This document shows, in pieces, positions 27,924 to 37,790 of a DNA stretch of 64,000 nt. Where the stretch lies: contig JAFVAQ010000035.1 in the NCBI GenBank assembly GCA_017480495.1, forward strand, positions 29,845-93,844, read 5' to 3'. Below the pieces are notes generated by a model. That model saw only the letters and a list, made by a program, of their open reading frames with translations. It did not search any database and was not told the DNA's origin. Source of the stretch: Eubacterium sp. (GTDB taxonomy: Bacteria > Bacillota > Clostridia > Lachnospirales > Lachnospiraceae). Positions within the stretch are counted from its first letter, which is position 1, and each line of letters opens with the position of its first letter. Position numbers and translations under genes: made by a program.

Positions 27924-29573
27924 CTACCTGTCTACCGTAAATGCTTTAAGGCAGATATTTGCGTCCTTCTCTTCAGAATTCTGCCATATCTCACCATATA
28001 AACTCATATATCCCTCACCATCCGTAAGGTCTAGATTCGCTGTTCTTTCGCCCGCGTCACATTCTATCGCAATCGGCCTCTCGCTTCCCGGAGTCGTTAT
28101 ACTCATTATGATCGCATACTTCTGCCCCGGCTCCAGTTCTATATCCTGATTCAGATCAACTGTATAGTAACCGGCATATCTCGTCTCACCCTTGCCAACC
28201 TCTTTTCGACCTTGGTTGAGTGAGTTCATTTCCTCATAATCTGTCACGACAAAAACTGAGAATTTTGTATTTGGGCCAGTCGCATAGAAGGACACCGCCT
28301 TCAGAGTTTCCTTACCCTTAGCCTCATATACATTTGCAAAGTAGGCTGATTCGTCGCTATAACCCATCTGACCTACCCAGCCAAGTTCGTCCGTCTGATA
28401 TATGTTATCGTAATCATCCGCGTCATCAAGACTCGTATAAACTATTGATTTCTGACAAATATTCACATCCTCGTAGGAGATATAGAAATATCCTCCATCA
28501 CCAAAAGATTCGCCCCAGCTATTCTTGCAGATATATGCCCCATCACTGGATGGCTTAAGAGCAAAATTCTCCTTCGGATAATTATCATTCCATCCCACTA
28601 TAACAAGGTCATGGTTTGGTTCCTCATAGCCGTCATAATAGTAGCTGGCGGTATCAGGATTATAATAAACGGAGTACGATTCACCATATGGCATTTCCAG
28701 ATAAATCGAAGTCTCCACACCGCCATACTTGTAAATGGCACTCTTTATCTTATTATCATCTCTCTCATTTATAATGATAGCTTCTTTTAAATGTTTCACA
28801 GCAGTCAGAGATTCATCTGTCTCTCCGTCTCCATAAGGATCATCCTCCTCGAGGACCGGTCCTCTCCATGCAGCCATGTAAGCTATACTCATCGTATGCT
28901 CTCCACCTTCGCTTAGGTCGAGGCTGAAACCATTATTTAGCGACATATGATCCACGGAATAAACCATTTCCTCTTGTGGTAGTGTAATCGTCTCAAGCGC
29001 GCCAAGAGAGGCAAATGCCCAACACGTTCCTTGATTGCCCTGATCCCTAACTGGCGACACGCGACCATAATCTCTCATATCGTAAGAGTCCGGAAGGTAA
29101 TGTCCGTCATCTATATTTATGAAGTTAACCATGCTGCTCGCGAAAGAATACTCCGCAGTATAGCCCAGATCCTTCAAATGGTCAGAAATAGGGATATATA
29201 TGATTCCCTCCTCTTCAAGAAGCTCCTCCTTCTTAAACTCGAGAGTCGTGCGTCCTCTATCCATTTTCACTGTGCCGTCCGGATACTCATTTACAGAACA
29301 GCACATTATATCCTCCAGGAATCTTTTTGGTGCATAGAGCTTAGCATCCTCGCCTATTTTAATCTCGTAGTTGAAGCTACTGATACTCTTGCCCTCAACT
29401 CGGACGTCGATTCCCTTTTCCCTTAGGAGTCCTAGCTTTGAATCGACCAGTCCCTGAAAGGACACGTCAAAATCCTGGCTCTTTTCAATTTTACTCTCCT
29501 TATTTCCCGATAGATAGAACAGGGCACCAATGCCTATTGCTACTAGGAGAAATAAAACTATTAACTTTCTCAT
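27924..29573 (-). CDS. Secreted C1A (papain-like) cysteine peptidase with lectin-like C-terminal domain
   Basis: QGNQGTCWAF, NHDLVIVGW, KNSWG; signal/anchor peptide. Confidence 0.85.
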   Translation of the reverse strand: MRKLIVLFLLVAIGIGALFYLSGNKESKIEKSQDFDVSFQGLVDSKLGLLREKGIDVRVEGKSISSFNYEIKIGEDAKLYAPKRFLEDIMCCSVNEYPDGTVKMDRGRTTLEFKKEELLEEEGIIYIPISDHLKDLGYTAEYSFASSMVNFINIDDGHYLPDSYDMRDYGRVSPVRDQGNQGTCWAFASLGALETITLPQEEMVYSVDHMSLNNGFSLDLSEGGEHTMSIAYMAAWRGPVLEEDDPYGDGETDESLTAVKHLKEAIIINERDDNKIKSAIYKYGGVETSIYLEMPYGESYSVYYNPDTASYYYDGYEEPNHDLVIVGWNDNYPKENFALKPSSDGAYICKNSWGESFGDGGYFYISYEDVNICQKSIVYTSLDDADDYDNIYQTDELGWVGQMGYSDESAYFANVYEAKGKETLKAVSFYATGPNTKFSVFVVTDYEEMNSLNQGRKEVGKGETRYAGYYTVDLNQDIELEPGQKYAIIMSITTPGSERPIAIECDAGERTANLDLTDGEGYMSLYGEIWQNSEEKDANICLKAFTVDR

Positions 29574-29598
29574 TTATAGTCGCCTTAGCTTTAGTACT

Positions 29599-30744
29599 TT
29601 ATTTTTTTGGTGGTTTTTTACCCATGAATTGATAATAATAAGACCTGATCATTCCATTATAAATCTTGCGGTTCTTATCCGCCTTGCGACCGATGTATTT
29701 CTCCGCTTCCTCGTAGGATGTGATCAGAAACATAGACCAATTATCCAGCGCCCTAAACCTATCCCCTATTATACCATATAACTCCGGAAGCGCTTCCTTT
29801 TCTTCCAGTCTCTCGCCGTAAGGAGGATTCGTGATAATGAAGCCATAAGGCTTAGGACTGCTCAGATCCTTCACCCCTCTCGCCTGGAAATGTATATAGT
29901 CCGCAACGCCTGCTTCCTCAGCATTTTGCATGGCACATTTAACTATCTGTGAATCAAGATCGTATCCCTGAATATGCATTCCCACATCTAACTTCTCGAG
30001 CGAACGTGCCTCGTCATAAGCTTCGTACCAGGTCTTCTTGTCTATGATTTTCTCCCAAGTACAAGCCGTGAAGTCTCGGTTAACACCCGGAGCTATATTT
30101 GCCCCGATCATGGCCGCTTCTATCGGAAATGTACCACTGCCGCAGAAAGGATCGATAAGGAGTCTATCCTCTCGCCAAGGAGTCAGCATTATCAGTGCTG
30201 CTGCCAAGGTCTCAGAAATAGGTGCCTTTCCGACCAGCTGTCTGTAGCCCCTCTTGTGAAGCGAAACGCCGGTTGTATCGAAACCAACAGTCACGATATC
30301 CTTCTTGATAAATATACGAACAGGGTAGTCGTCGCCATCCTCAGCGAATTGGGAAATGTGATATGTATTCGACATACTCTCTACCATCGCCTTCTTCGCA
30401 ATGGACTGAATAGCCGTCTCGCTATATAGCTTAGACTTATTCGTAGTTGCCTTCGTCACCCAGAATTTACCATTTCGAGGTATGATCCTAGCCCAAGGGA
30501 TATGTTTTATTCCCTCGTACAGTTCGTCAAAGGTCACCGCCTTAAACTGCCCGCATTTGAGAAGGATCCTCTCGCTTGTTCTTATTCCTATATTTGCTCT
30601 GGCTATAGCTGAAGCAGGTCCCGCGAAGGTCACCCTTCCATCTTCAACCTCAACTATCTCATAGCCCAGGCCTATTATTTCTTTTTTAAGCACCGCCTCG
30701 AGTCCAAAATGACAGGGTGCGATAAGTTCAAATCTCTCGTCCAT
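29599..30744 (-). CDS. THUMP-domain RNA methyltransferase (RlmL/YpsC-like)
   Basis: SLHKRGYR, DPFCGSGT, TNPPYGERL. Confidence 0.9.
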   Translation of the reverse strand: MDERFELIAPCHFGLEAVLKKEIIGLGYEIVEVEDGRVTFAGPASAIARANIGIRTSERILLKCGQFKAVTFDELYEGIKHIPWARIIPRNGKFWVTKATTNKSKLYSETAIQSIAKKAMVESMSNTYHISQFAEDGDDYPVRIFIKKDIVTVGFDTTGVSLHKRGYRQLVGKAPISETLAAALIMLTPWREDRLLIDPFCGSGTFPIEAAMIGANIAPGVNRDFTACTWEKIIDKKTWYEAYDEARSLEKLDVGMHIQGYDLDSQIVKCAMQNAEEAGVADYIHFQARGVKDLSSPKPYGFIITNPPYGERLEEKEALPELYGIIGDRFRALDNWSMFLITSYEEAEKYIGRKADKNRKIYNGMIRSYYYQFMGKKPPKK

Positions 30745-30816
30745 TTATTCTCCTAGTTTAGAGTTATAGCTTCTATGCTCATAGTGAGTCGATATTAATT
30801 ATACCACAAAATAAGA

Positions 30817-30851
30817 AGAAACGGGCCATTTGTATAAAATGGTCCGTTTCT
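30817..30851 (-). terminator. Intrinsic terminator
   Basis: AGAAACGGGCCATTT/AAATGGTCCGTTTCT stem. Confidence 0.7.
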
Positions 30852-30879
30852 ATAAAAACTTATTTAAGATATCTAGGGA

Positions 30880-32412
30880 TTAGTTCTTTTTCTTCTTCTT
30901 TACAACAATCATTGTTACTATAGCAAGTGCTGAAACAGCCATAACTATAATAGCGATAAGAAGCGGACTAGAATCACCAGTCTTAGTTGCATTTGACTTA
31001 GCAGCTTCTTTCTTAGCTTCAGCCGGCTTAACTTCAGTAGCCTTAGCTTCTTTGATAGTAAACTTAGCTTTTGCTGAACCGTATATAAACATAGCTTCAA
31101 TAGTATGCTCGCCAACACTCAGTTTCTCAAGGTATTCAGGCTTAAGATTAACTATTACACTACCCTTTTCCTTTGTGTAATTATCCTCATCGACAAGCTC
31201 GTCATCAACCTTGATACCAAGGAATTGATCAAATGTTCCCTCATCGTCTGTGAGATTCTTGAATCTCAGTGAGAGAGGATCCTTACCACCCTTTATCCAC
31301 TCTGTTAATTCACTAATGAGTGCATACTCATCTTCAGCACCTCTATTAAAACCATATTCTCTAACCTGCTTCTCGAATGCAGAATTCTTGAATGTAGCTA
31401 TTATCTGAAGAATTCCGTCCTCTGCATCAGTAGGTTCCTTAACAATTACTATCTCTGTTTTAACTGTTTCTGTCTCAACATGGCTTGCATCATTCTGACA
31501 CTTACGTGATGCCGTAACTTCTGTCTCGTCGACGCTCCAAGAATAAACTGGTTCATCCCAATCGTGAGCATTACTGTCTATAGGTAAAACAATATCTTCC
31601 TCAACTTCTATTTCATTTTCGCCATCTCCATCAGCAAATATAGCTTCACATTTTGGATCTTCACACTTCCAGTATTCTTTCTTACCGGCTTTTGCACATG
31701 TAGGTTCCACCGCATCTACTTTGACAAGCTTATGCCTATGTTCCCACTTAGCATATAACTCCAAAGTACGTCTAGGAGCTGCATTCAATACTTTGTCAGT
31801 CACATGTGTGTTAAAATCAAAACTATTTGTTAAATCTTTATCTGTATACCAGCCAACAAAAACATCATATTCAGTAGGTGGTTCAACAGCTTCTATTGGT
31901 CTACAGGTTTGGCCACCTTTTATTGTTTGAAGAGCAATATGATCTGTCTCATCTGGTCCCATATAAAACATAACATAATAATCTGGATTCATAAGATAAT
32001 ATTCAAAACTTATTTTTTCAACAACCGAATTATCTTTCCAAAGTGAATAATTTACGTAATATAAATCTTCATTTGAAAAAACAGGAAGTGTTGTTTCATT
32101 TATATATTGTGCATTGCCATAAGAATAGCTATACGTAAAATAATATCCCTCCGGAATATTATCTGGACTATAGCTTACTCCATCTATATATACTGTAACG
32201 ATAGGTCTTGCACTCTCTGCTGCATAATATGTTGGGACTGTTCGAGGGTTATTAATACCCACTTCCATAGTACCATAACTGTTTGATGTATCTACTGATA
32301 ACGACACATCATAGGAAATCGCATTCGCTGTCATTGGAAAGAATGGCACCGCAATAAACACTACCAGCAAAATAGAAATAATCTTGCTTATAATCTTCTT
32401 TGTCTTATTCAT
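30880..32412 (-). CDS. Cell-surface protein with InlB-B/Flg_new-like repeat and sortase-type anchor
   Basis: Signal peptide; FVGWYTD...LYAKW; EPTC repeat; TKTGD + TM + KKKKKN. Confidence 0.8.
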   Translation of the reverse strand: MNKTKKIISKIISILLVVFIAVPFFPMTANAISYDVSLSVDTSNSYGTMEVGINNPRTVPTYYAAESARPIVTVYIDGVSYSPDNIPEGYYFTYSYSYGNAQYINETTLPVFSNEDLYYVNYSLWKDNSVVEKISFEYYLMNPDYYVMFYMGPDETDHIALQTIKGGQTCRPIEAVEPPTEYDVFVGWYTDKDLTNSFDFNTHVTDKVLNAAPRRTLELYAKWEHRHKLVKVDAVEPTCAKAGKKEYWKCEDPKCEAIFADGDGENEIEVEEDIVLPIDSNAHDWDEPVYSWSVDETEVTASRKCQNDASHVETETVKTEIVIVKEPTDAEDGILQIIATFKNSAFEKQVREYGFNRGAEDEYALISELTEWIKGGKDPLSLRFKNLTDDEGTFDQFLGIKVDDELVDEDNYTKEKGSVIVNLKPEYLEKLSVGEHTIEAMFIYGSAKAKFTIKEAKATEVKPAEAKKEAAKSNATKTGDSSPLLIAIIVMAVSALAIVTMIVVKKKKKN

Positions 32413-32455
32413 TCTAACTTCCCTCTCTATAAGTTTTATATAAACAAGCTAGATA

Positions 32456-32882
32456 TCACTTACGAAATGCCAGCTTGTTCTTCTTAATAAGAATCATTAC
32501 TGCTGCCGCAGCAGAAATGATCATTACGATGATACAGATCATCATAGCCAGCTTTAACTATAGGATATTCACCCATTCCAGCATAATATACATGATAAGT
32601 ATGAGAACCAGACGTATTTCTTGTTCCAACCGAATCTTTATGATCTATTTCTATAGTAAATAAATCAGGATTATGTGTCAAGTTATATGGTTGTATAACC
32701 GCCAGCACTTCCTCGTCTCCGTGCCTTACCTCAACCTGAACACAATACTGTCCCGGAGTAGTTGGTGATGTATCACTCCAAGCTCCTGTTGGACCACTAT
32801 TATAAGTTGCATATTTAGTTACAATGCTATAATAAGGGGTAGGTAATTCTCCTCCAGCATATGACACCAAGTGCTGGAGCAC
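32456..32882 (-). pseudogene. Remnant of a surface-protein gene
   Basis: ORF fragment lacking signal peptide; anchor-like tail MMICIIVMIISAAAAVMILIKKNKLAFRK lies in a different frame. Confidence 0.5.
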
Positions 32883-32970
32883 CCTTCAAGCCGCTGGCAC
32901 CCTTAAGCTTAGCAGCAGGCTTTTGAACAGGAACTCTAATTTTCACAGAATTTATGCCTATATACAAAAC

Positions 32971-32999
32971 AAGCCAGCAGACTCATTGTCCGCTGGCTT
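32971..32999 (-). terminator. Hairpin/terminator after pgi
   Basis: AAGCCAGC...GCTGGCTT stem. Confidence 0.65.
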
Positions 33000-33010
33000 A
33001 TGGGAAATCA

Positions 33011-34366
33011 TTATTTTCCAAGTCTTGCACGTAGTTCTTTTGTCATTTCCTCAAATCCAGGCTTACCTAGAAGAGCGAACATATTTTTCTTGTAGCTCTC
33101 AACACCTGGCTGATTGAACGGATTAACACCAAGTGTGTAGCCGCTAACGCCGCAAGCAAACTCGAACTTGTAGAACAGTTCTCCGAGTGCAAGCTCGTCA
33201 ATTTCTTCCATATCTATACGGATGTTTGGAACTCCACCATCAACGTGAGCGAGGATAGTTCCTTCCATAGCACATTTATTAATGAAGTCTACTGTCTGTC
33301 CAGCTAAGTAGTTCAGACCATCGAGATCCTCTGCTTCCTTCTGCATAACAACTGCCTTGCGAGGATTTACTACATTTATGAATGTCTCGAAGTGATTCTT
33401 TGTTCCATCCTGAATGAACTGGCCAAGTGAGTGAAGATCTGTTGTAAAGTCAACGCCTGCAGGGAAGATACCCTTGCCGTCCTTACCTTCGCTCTCTCCG
33501 TAGAGCTGCTTCCACCACTCTGTTACGTAGTGAAGAGCTGGCTCAAAGTTTCCAAGAATCTCCATTCCAAGTCCCTTCTCGTACATTACATTTCTGACTG
33601 CTGCATACTTCATTACATCGCTGTCATCAAAATCCTTTGATAGGCAGTACTCACGACCATTTGCAGCACCTTCCATGAGTTTATCTATATCTGCACCACT
33701 TGCTGCGATTGGAAGAAGTCCAACTGCTGTAAGAACTGAGAATCTACCACCTACATCATCAGGTACAACGTATGTCTCATATCCTTCTGCATCTGCAAGA
33801 GTCTTGAGAGCTCCACGAGCCTTATCTGTTGTAGCATAGATACGCTTTGCAGCTTCAGCCTTTCCATACTTCTTCTCAAGCATTTCCTTGAAAAGTCTGA
33901 ATGCAACTGAGCACTCTGTTGTAGTACCTGACTTTGAGATAACATTTACAGAGAAATCTCTGTCACCAATTACTTCAACAAGCTCTGAAATATATGTTGA
34001 GCTAAGGTTATTTCCGCAATAGTAAATCTCTGGGGTCTTGCGGATTTCCTTTGATACTGAGTTATAGAATCCGTGACGAAGAGCTTCGATTGCAGCTCTT
34101 GCTCCGAGGTAAGAACCACCGATACCGATAACAAGAAGTACATCTGAATCGCTCTGGATCTTAGCAGCTGCCTGCTTGATACGAGCAAACTCTTCCTTAT
34201 CATAATCTACTGGAAGGTCGATCCATCCAAGGAAATCATTTCCTTCACCTGTCTTTTCAACAAGTGTCTTCTTAGCTGCCTCTATTCTAGGCTTAATAGC
34301 CTGTACATCAGCATCGCTTGCCATAAACTTAGTATTTTCGAAATTAAAGCTAATCTTCTGCGCCAT
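33011..34366 (-). CDS. pgi: Glucose-6-phosphate isomerase
   Basis: [36 protein letters not shown]. Confidence 0.97.
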   Translation of the reverse strand: MAQKISFNFENTKFMASDADVQAIKPRIEAAKKTLVEKTGEGNDFLGWIDLPVDYDKEEFARIKQAAAKIQSDSDVLLVIGIGGSYLGARAAIEALRHGFYNSVSKEIRKTPEIYYCGNNLSSTYISELVEVIGDRDFSVNVISKSGTTTECSVAFRLFKEMLEKKYGKAEAAKRIYATTDKARGALKTLADAEGYETYVVPDDVGGRFSVLTAVGLLPIAASGADIDKLMEGAANGREYCLSKDFDDSDVMKYAAVRNVMYEKGLGMEILGNFEPALHYVTEWWKQLYGESEGKDGKGIFPAGVDFTTDLHSLGQFIQDGTKNHFETFINVVNPRKAVVMQKEAEDLDGLNYLAGQTVDFINKCAMEGTILAHVDGGVPNIRIDMEEIDELALGELFYKFEFACGVSGYTLGVNPFNQPGVESYKKNMFALLGKPGFEEMTKELRARLGK

Positions 34367-34491
34367 TTTTATACGCTCCTTCTATATATTATATTTCCCA
34401 TTTCCCCCAAGGCTCTAAAAAAGCCGATAGATATATGCATTTTATCACTTTGAATTGGGTATTACAACAAAAAAGTAGCCAGTGGCCTCAC

Positions 34492-35472
34492 TCACTTGTT
34501 AGCTTTAAACAAATCATCCAGATTTATGGCAAGTTTTTGAAATGGTTTTACATCATCGTCCATTGGATTTATGATTTCTACCTCACTAGCGAGCTTGCTT
34601 GGATTTTCAATCACCACCTTTCTTGCAAGTTCCTCTCCGAGATAGATGTAATCATATATATCCATAGTACTTACGTCTGTTGTATTCATTTTGTAGATGA
34701 CTGTTTTTCCAAGCCCCTCGAAGATTTCAGCGCTTGTTCTTCCCATTTTCTTAATCTTACGCAGTCTATCTCTTTGGATTTCAGCGTCGACATCCTGCAT
34801 ATCAGGATCCTTATATCCGAAGAGTAGTCCGAGATATGGATACTTAATAATATCAACATCTTTATAGTAATCCGCAAGGTATTCCTTTAGATCGGTTCCT
34901 GATTCAACTTCATTTAGAAATTGATTTATCCGGTTCCAGGTGAGCATCGTGCCGACGAAGAGACCTTCCGTATGGCTAGTCACAAAATCATAATCTAAAA
35001 CACTTAAGATGCGGAACATTTTATTATCTTCATTATTCAGCTTGATTTCTTGAAGATTCTTGAGACCAGTTTTGTTTTTTACTACAAAACCTAGATCAAA
35101 GAAAGGTTCTCTATCTGGGACCTCCACATACGCACTGGCACTATAAATCGGAACAAGCCCTCTTCTCATCATTGCCAGCTCTTCGTCGCGGCGATTGTCA
35201 TTATAGAGATTCACCAGAAAACTTCTATTATTATCTCCGAAGGGTTTCAGGGCATCGGACTCCATAGCATTTATCATTTGCTCTGCTTCCTTGATAACCT
35301 CTTCCACCTGCCAGGTGTCGACATTTAGTCCGATGTCATTCATATATTTGGTAATATCCTCAGTGCTCTGAGGGGCGGATCCATTTAACCCATAACGCAT
35401 CATCATAATATCTCTATGGGTTTCTGGTAACCAGAATATCCTGCTCTCATTAAATGAACTCATATCTTCCAC
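34492..35472 (-). CDS. Hypothetical protein with N-terminal degenerate sigma70 region-4-like HTH
   Basis: LPETHRDIMMMRYGLNGSAPQSTEDI resembles L..RER.V..LRFGL.....TLEEI; GTG start with AAGGAAAGGA. Confidence 0.65.
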   Translation of the reverse strand: MEDMSSFNESRIFWLPETHRDIMMMRYGLNGSAPQSTEDITKYMNDIGLNVDTWQVEEVIKEAEQMINAMESDALKPFGDNNRSFLVNLYNDNRRDEELAMMRRGLVPIYSASAYVEVPDREPFFDLGFVVKNKTGLKNLQEIKLNNEDNKMFRILSVLDYDFVTSHTEGLFVGTMLTWNRINQFLNEVESGTDLKEYLADYYKDVDIIKYPYLGLLFGYKDPDMQDVDAEIQRDRLRKIKKMGRTSAEIFEGLGKTVIYKMNTTDVSTMDIYDYIYLGEELARKVVIENPSKLASEVEIINPMDDDVKPFQKLAINLDDLFKANK

Positions 35473-35494
35473 ATCCTTTCCTTGATTTACAGAG

Positions 35495-35596
35495 TGAGTA
35501 TATAGGGACGGTTCTTATTTACTCAATTTTTGAGTATATGGGGACGTTTCTGTTTTACTCATTTTTGAGTAAATAAGAACCGTCCCTATATACTCA
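35495..35596. repeat. REP-like cluster (two direct and one inverted 31-bp units)
   Basis: tgagtatatagggacggttcttatttactca at 35495, variant at 35531, exact reverse complement at 35566. Confidence 0.9.
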
Positions 35597-35604
35597 TATG
35601 TTCA

Positions 35605-36177
35605 TTACCTGACTACTTTGTCGATCAGGCCATATTTTACTGCCTCAGCGGCGGTCATCCAATTGTTGCGGTCGCAGTCTGTCTCGACCACATCTATTGG
35701 TTTGCCTGTGTTCTTAGCCAGAATCTCATTGAGCTTCTTCTTCGTCCGTAGTATGTGCTCGGCGGCGATCTGCATATCCGTCGCCTGGCCGGAGGTAGAG
35801 CCAAGCGGCTGATGTATCATGATCTCGGCATTCGGCAACGCAAACCTCTTGCCTTTTGTTCCACCTGCTAGGAGGAAAGCACCCATGCTGGCAGCCATGC
35901 CAACACATATGGTAGAAACATCACATTTGATGTAGTTCATAGTGTCATAGATAGCCATACCAGCCGATACGGATCCTCCCGGACTATTAATATAGAGGGA
36001 AATGTCCTTCGTAGAATCCTCTGATTCAAGAAAGAGCATTTGTGCAATCACGAGACTCGCAGTCGCATCATTTACATCGTCACCGAGGAAAATGATACGC
36101 TCCTTTAAGAGTCTGGAATAAATGTCGTAGGCTCTCTCGCCTCGACTTGTAGATTCAACAACTGTAGGTATTAGCAT
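35605..36177 (-). CDS. clpP: ClpP protease subunit, stand-alone paralog with Ser-His-Asn triad
   Basis: [28 protein letters not shown]; DCDRNNW where the canonical motif is DTDRDNF. Confidence 0.95.
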   Translation of the reverse strand: MLIPTVVESTSRGERAYDIYSRLLKERIIFLGDDVNDATASLVIAQMLFLESEDSTKDISLYINSPGGSVSAGMAIYDTMNYIKCDVSTICVGMAASMGAFLLAGGTKGKRFALPNAEIMIHQPLGSTSGQATDMQIAAEHILRTKKKLNEILAKNTGKPIDVVETDCDRNNWMTAAEAVKYGLIDKVVR

Positions 36178-36839
36178 AATTCAAGTGCCTCCTTTCTGGA
36201 ATCAATCACTATTTCTTTAGCAAATTTAAAGTATAGATAGCTATAGTCAAGGACAGTGGCAAGGTTCACATCACCTGTACTTATATTTGCCTTGATCTCA
36301 AAGCCTGCCAACTTAAGTGCCAGATAAACAGCTGAAGCAAAAAACTTAAGACGTTCATAATAATCGCTGTCATTAAATGCTCCATACTCATATAGTTCAG
36401 TAAACGATGGAAGAAAAATAGTAGACTCCTTATCGTATTTATCCTCTAGGAACATCGTTATCTCCTCCATGTTGTGAAGAGTTTTTTCCATTTCTACCAT
36501 ATCTTCCCAGCTGATGAGTTTAGAAGAACCGAATTCAAAATCCAGCTTAGGAAATCTGAACTCTTCCACTTCTTTATCAGTCATATCAAGCATTTTTTTT
36601 GCATCCTCACGGATAAATGGAACTAAACTTGAAGTAATTTCAATGCCGTCATAATTGTAAGAAATATATTTGGCGATTCTTTCATCATCCATAGCTTCAT
36701 TTCCATCTAATCCATAAGTCAGTAGCAACACATCCTGATTTATTCCAGGTAGCTTGCGGATACTTTCAACCACCTCCGGATCCGCATTTTTCAGTAATTT
36801 AGTAACATAATCTCTTTTTTCTGCAATTGATTTAAACAT
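36171..36839 (-). CDS. Hypothetical protein with degenerate sigma70 region-4-like HTH, coupled to clpP
   Basis: [30 protein letters not shown]; AAAGGAG RBS before ATG 36839; 7-nt overlap with clpP start. Confidence 0.65.
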   Translation of the reverse strand: MFKSIAEKRDYVTKLLKNADPEVVESIRKLPGINQDVLLLTYGLDGNEAMDDERIAKYISYNYDGIEITSSLVPFIREDAKKMLDMTDKEVEEFRFPKLDFEFGSSKLISWEDMVEMEKTLHNMEEITMFLEDKYDKESTIFLPSFTELYEYGAFNDSDYYERLKFFASAVYLALKLAGFEIKANISTGDVNLATVLDYSYLYFKFAKEIVIDSRKEALELC

Positions 36840-36935
36840 AGCTTTAAGCTCCTTTCTGGGACCAGAAGGTCCCAAAGCCCCAAAAATAAACATTTTTAAA
36901 AGGGGTTGTGTATTAGTTTTGTGTTAATTGTGTGT

Positions 36936-36964
36936 ATATTACCATATTGTGAGTTTGTTGTAAA
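36936..36964 (-). promoter_or_regulatory. sigmaA-like promoter of the clpP operon
   Basis: TTTACA-N17-TAATAT with TGn. Confidence 0.7.
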
Positions 36965-37003
36965 TAGTTTTGCGAACTTTTTGTAATATTTTTGCAAAAA
37001 CAC

Positions 37004-37046
37004 AAAAAAAGAGCCAGAGGAGACGGTTCGAACCGTCTCCTCTGGC
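37004..37046 (-). terminator. 34-bp perfect palindrome with T-tract
   Basis: gccagaggagacggttc|gaaccgtctcctctggc at 37013-37046. Confidence 0.75.
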
Positions 37047-37055
37047 CCAAATTAT

Positions 37056-37112
37056 TTATTTCTGCGGACAGCGCATAGCACGGGTGTATTTTGATTTACT
37101 GAGTGTTGTCAT
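37056..37112 (-). pseudogene. 18-codon 5' stub MTTLSKSKYTRAMRCPQK
   Basis: AAGGAG RBS; LSKSKY....CP resembles the start of DUF2779/Cas4-like nucleases. Confidence 0.55.
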
Positions 37113-37159
37113 AATCGTCTCCTTAATCAATTAATTCTCCATCTAATACTTTAATACTA

Positions 37160-37687
37160 TTAGCAGGCATCATCTAATTCCTCCTCATAGATATTGTACC
37201 GCAGAAACTCTGGTATATATTTCTTTTTATTGTTCGCGCCATCCTTAGCAATAGACGTTGGATAAAATGCCTCTTTCAAAGAATATGTTCTAAAGTCATC
37301 ATAATCAGAAACCAAATCATATCCTTTTTTCTTACATAATAGATCCAAGAGTGCAAGCGCATATAATCCTTTTATATAGTTGCCTCTAAAAATATTCGAG
37401 GCAATCAAATCATTATTCAAAATATATAACATCGTCGCCTCTTCGCCCTCTTTTATCTTATGATGCAAGGAACTTCTATAATTAAGGAAGGATTCCTCAA
37501 CCTCAACATAGAACTCATCTAGCGAAAGGTCCAAAGCATTCGCAAGTTTTTTAGCAGTATATATGCCACAATTCCCAATATCAGATTGTCCTTTAACCAG
37601 TTTGTAAACATAGTTATATCCCACACCTGACTTAATCGATAATTGTCTGATATTCATATTTTTTCTAACAAGAAGATCTTGCAGCAT
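37160..37687 (-). CDS. HTH protein, probable antitoxin-like regulator
   Basis: XRE-like HTH (MNIRQLSIKSGVGYNYV); C-terminal IPEFLRYNIYE; GAGGTG RBS before ATG 37687. Confidence 0.7.
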   Translation of the reverse strand: MLQDLLVRKNMNIRQLSIKSGVGYNYVYKLVKGQSDIGNCGIYTAKKLANALDLSLDEFYVEVEESFLNYRSSLHHKIKEGEEATMLYILNNDLIASNIFRGNYIKGLYALALLDLLCKKKGYDLVSDYDDFRTYSLKEAFYPTSIAKDGANNKKKYIPEFLRYNIYEEELDDAC

Positions 37688-37710
37688 ATTTACCACCTCT
37701 CTTTTTTTCA

Positions 37711-37739
37711 ATATTATCACTGTAGTGATAATAATTCAA
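37711..37739 (-). promoter_or_regulatory. Promoter with operator palindrome
   Basis: TTGAAT-N17-TAATAT; TATTATCACT-N2-AGTGATAATA (37712-37733) covers the spacer and -10. Confidence 0.7.
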
Positions 37740-37744
37740 GGCAC

Positions 37745-37778
37745 AAAAAATAGTCGCTAGGCGTTATCCCTAGCGACT
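37745..37778 (-). terminator. Terminator after mcrC
   Basis: AGTCGCTAGG/CCTAGCGACT stem followed by ATTTTTT. Confidence 0.8.
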
Positions 37779-37790
37779 CTAAAGAACATA

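Noticed and set aside
35495-35596. 31-bp repeat clusters as a CRISPR array
   Set aside because: Spacers are only 4-5 nt, one unit is inverted, and no cas genes are present
34492-36839. Calling the two hypothetical proteins true sigma factors
   Set aside because: No region 2 and no basic -35 recognition helix
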